Origin: Gekko japonicus
Taxonomy: Eukaryota
Assembly: GCF_001447785.1 (NCBI RefSeq)
Contig: NW_015172593.1
Span: forward strand, 236,811-300,810
Reading direction: 5' to 3'
DNA length: 64,000 nucleotides
A model generated the notes under the pieces. It searched no databases. It saw only the letters and a list, made by a program, of their open reading frames with translations, and was not told the origin of the DNA. Shown here in pieces: positions 62,901-64,000 of the stretch; the stretch's first letter is position 1, and each line of letters starts with the position of its first letter. The position numbers and the translations under genes were made by a program.

Positions 62901-64000
62901 CATGCATCTGACAAAGTGAGCTGTGACTCACAAAGGCTGGAGTAAGTATTGTTAGACATTAAAGGTGCCACTGGACTCCTGTTTAATTTTGCGATAACAG
63001 TCACACAGCAGCTACCCCTCAGGACAAACTAGCAGGGTTTCTCTTCAGAAATACTCTTTCTTCACTGCTGAGTGATCACAACCGACCCACAAATGTGTGG
63101 AAGTAGTTTTAGATCCAGAGAAGTAGCCATGCCAGCATCTTTTTGAAGCAAAATCAATTAATGATTCTGTTGAATGTGCAATTGATCTGATGGTGGGTTC
63201 CAGTCCATAAAATCTTAGGCCACAATAAATATCCTTAGAGCGCCAGAAGACTTTGCTGCTTCCAAACAAGTTTGACCCCAGCGCTCTGGCTTTTTGAAAG
63301 AAAGCAAGGCATTCATATATAGTTGCAAATAATTGCACCCCTTTCATTTGTTATACATCTCCCATCTCAGTCCCCAAACCAGTGTAATCTGCTTCCACAG
63401 CTCTCCCCCTGTCTCCACACCCCCACCCAAAACTATACCCATCCCATTACAAAATGAACACAGTTCCACACATTATCCCACCCAGATGTTACCCAAACAG
63501 GGCTTACTTTGAGCCAGGGCTCAACACTGGAATGTTGAGAACACCAAAGAGAACACTCCTGTGCATATGCAAAGAGCATTTCTTGCACCAAGGGATAAGC
63601 AGCAGCTACCGCTTCCCCCCACCAGTCTAGAACTAGGAGCCACAGCCTCCAGCGCGGCACTGGCAATGCAAACAAAGTTTGCCCTTCCAGACGGGCTACA
63701 TACACGCCAAGACTGCCCCCCAAGCTCCGGCTCCGCTCCTCGGCTGGATGGCTCCTGATAACCTTATTACGCCCCGTCTCTTCGCTTGCTCTTCAGCTCA
63801 GCCCCTTCCCGAGGAGGCTGAAACCCACCTCCCCTGCTGGCCCCCTGGATATCCGAGGGGTGGAAGGCGGCCGAAGTGCCTGTTCCCCGCCTGCGCGGCC
63901 CCAGCTCCTCCCCACAGCTCCCAGACGGCTGTTTGACGTCTCTATGGAAACGAAGCAAAGGCAGTATATATTGCTTGGAGAGCTGGGTGTTGCACCCCGG

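Overview
This is vertebrate genomic DNA from a squamate, probably a gecko (inferred from the SINE repertoire), in a draft assembly with four N-gaps. It corresponds to the JAGN1-RPUSD3-TTLL3 segment of the block at human 3p25.3. JAGN1 is complete on the minus strand (2 exons, 183 aa). RPUSD3 is complete on the plus strand (9 exons, 376 aa) and lies head-to-head with JAGN1, with only 328 bp between the start codons and no CIDEC in between. TTLL3 (tubulin glycylase) is on the minus strand with 10 phase-checked coding exons. Its N-terminal exon was not found, and it carries a frameshift at about 39051 upstream of the catalytic IEIN motif. The rest is a dense repeat landscape: a decayed L1, BovB/RTE, CR1 and L2 fragments, tRNA-derived and 5S-derived SINEs, a Sauria SINE, and hAT, Tc1-pogo and palindromic MITEs. 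The most unusual signal is a set of hammerhead-ribozyme motifs of the Penelope type. One is an apparently intact minimal type I hammerhead inside a ~220-bp fold-back insertion flanked by a 14-bp duplication (32663-32915), and a second dispersed repeat family carries degenerate hammerhead cores. Several near-identical local duplications look like both haplotypes assembled in tandem. All calls were made by eye, without database searches.
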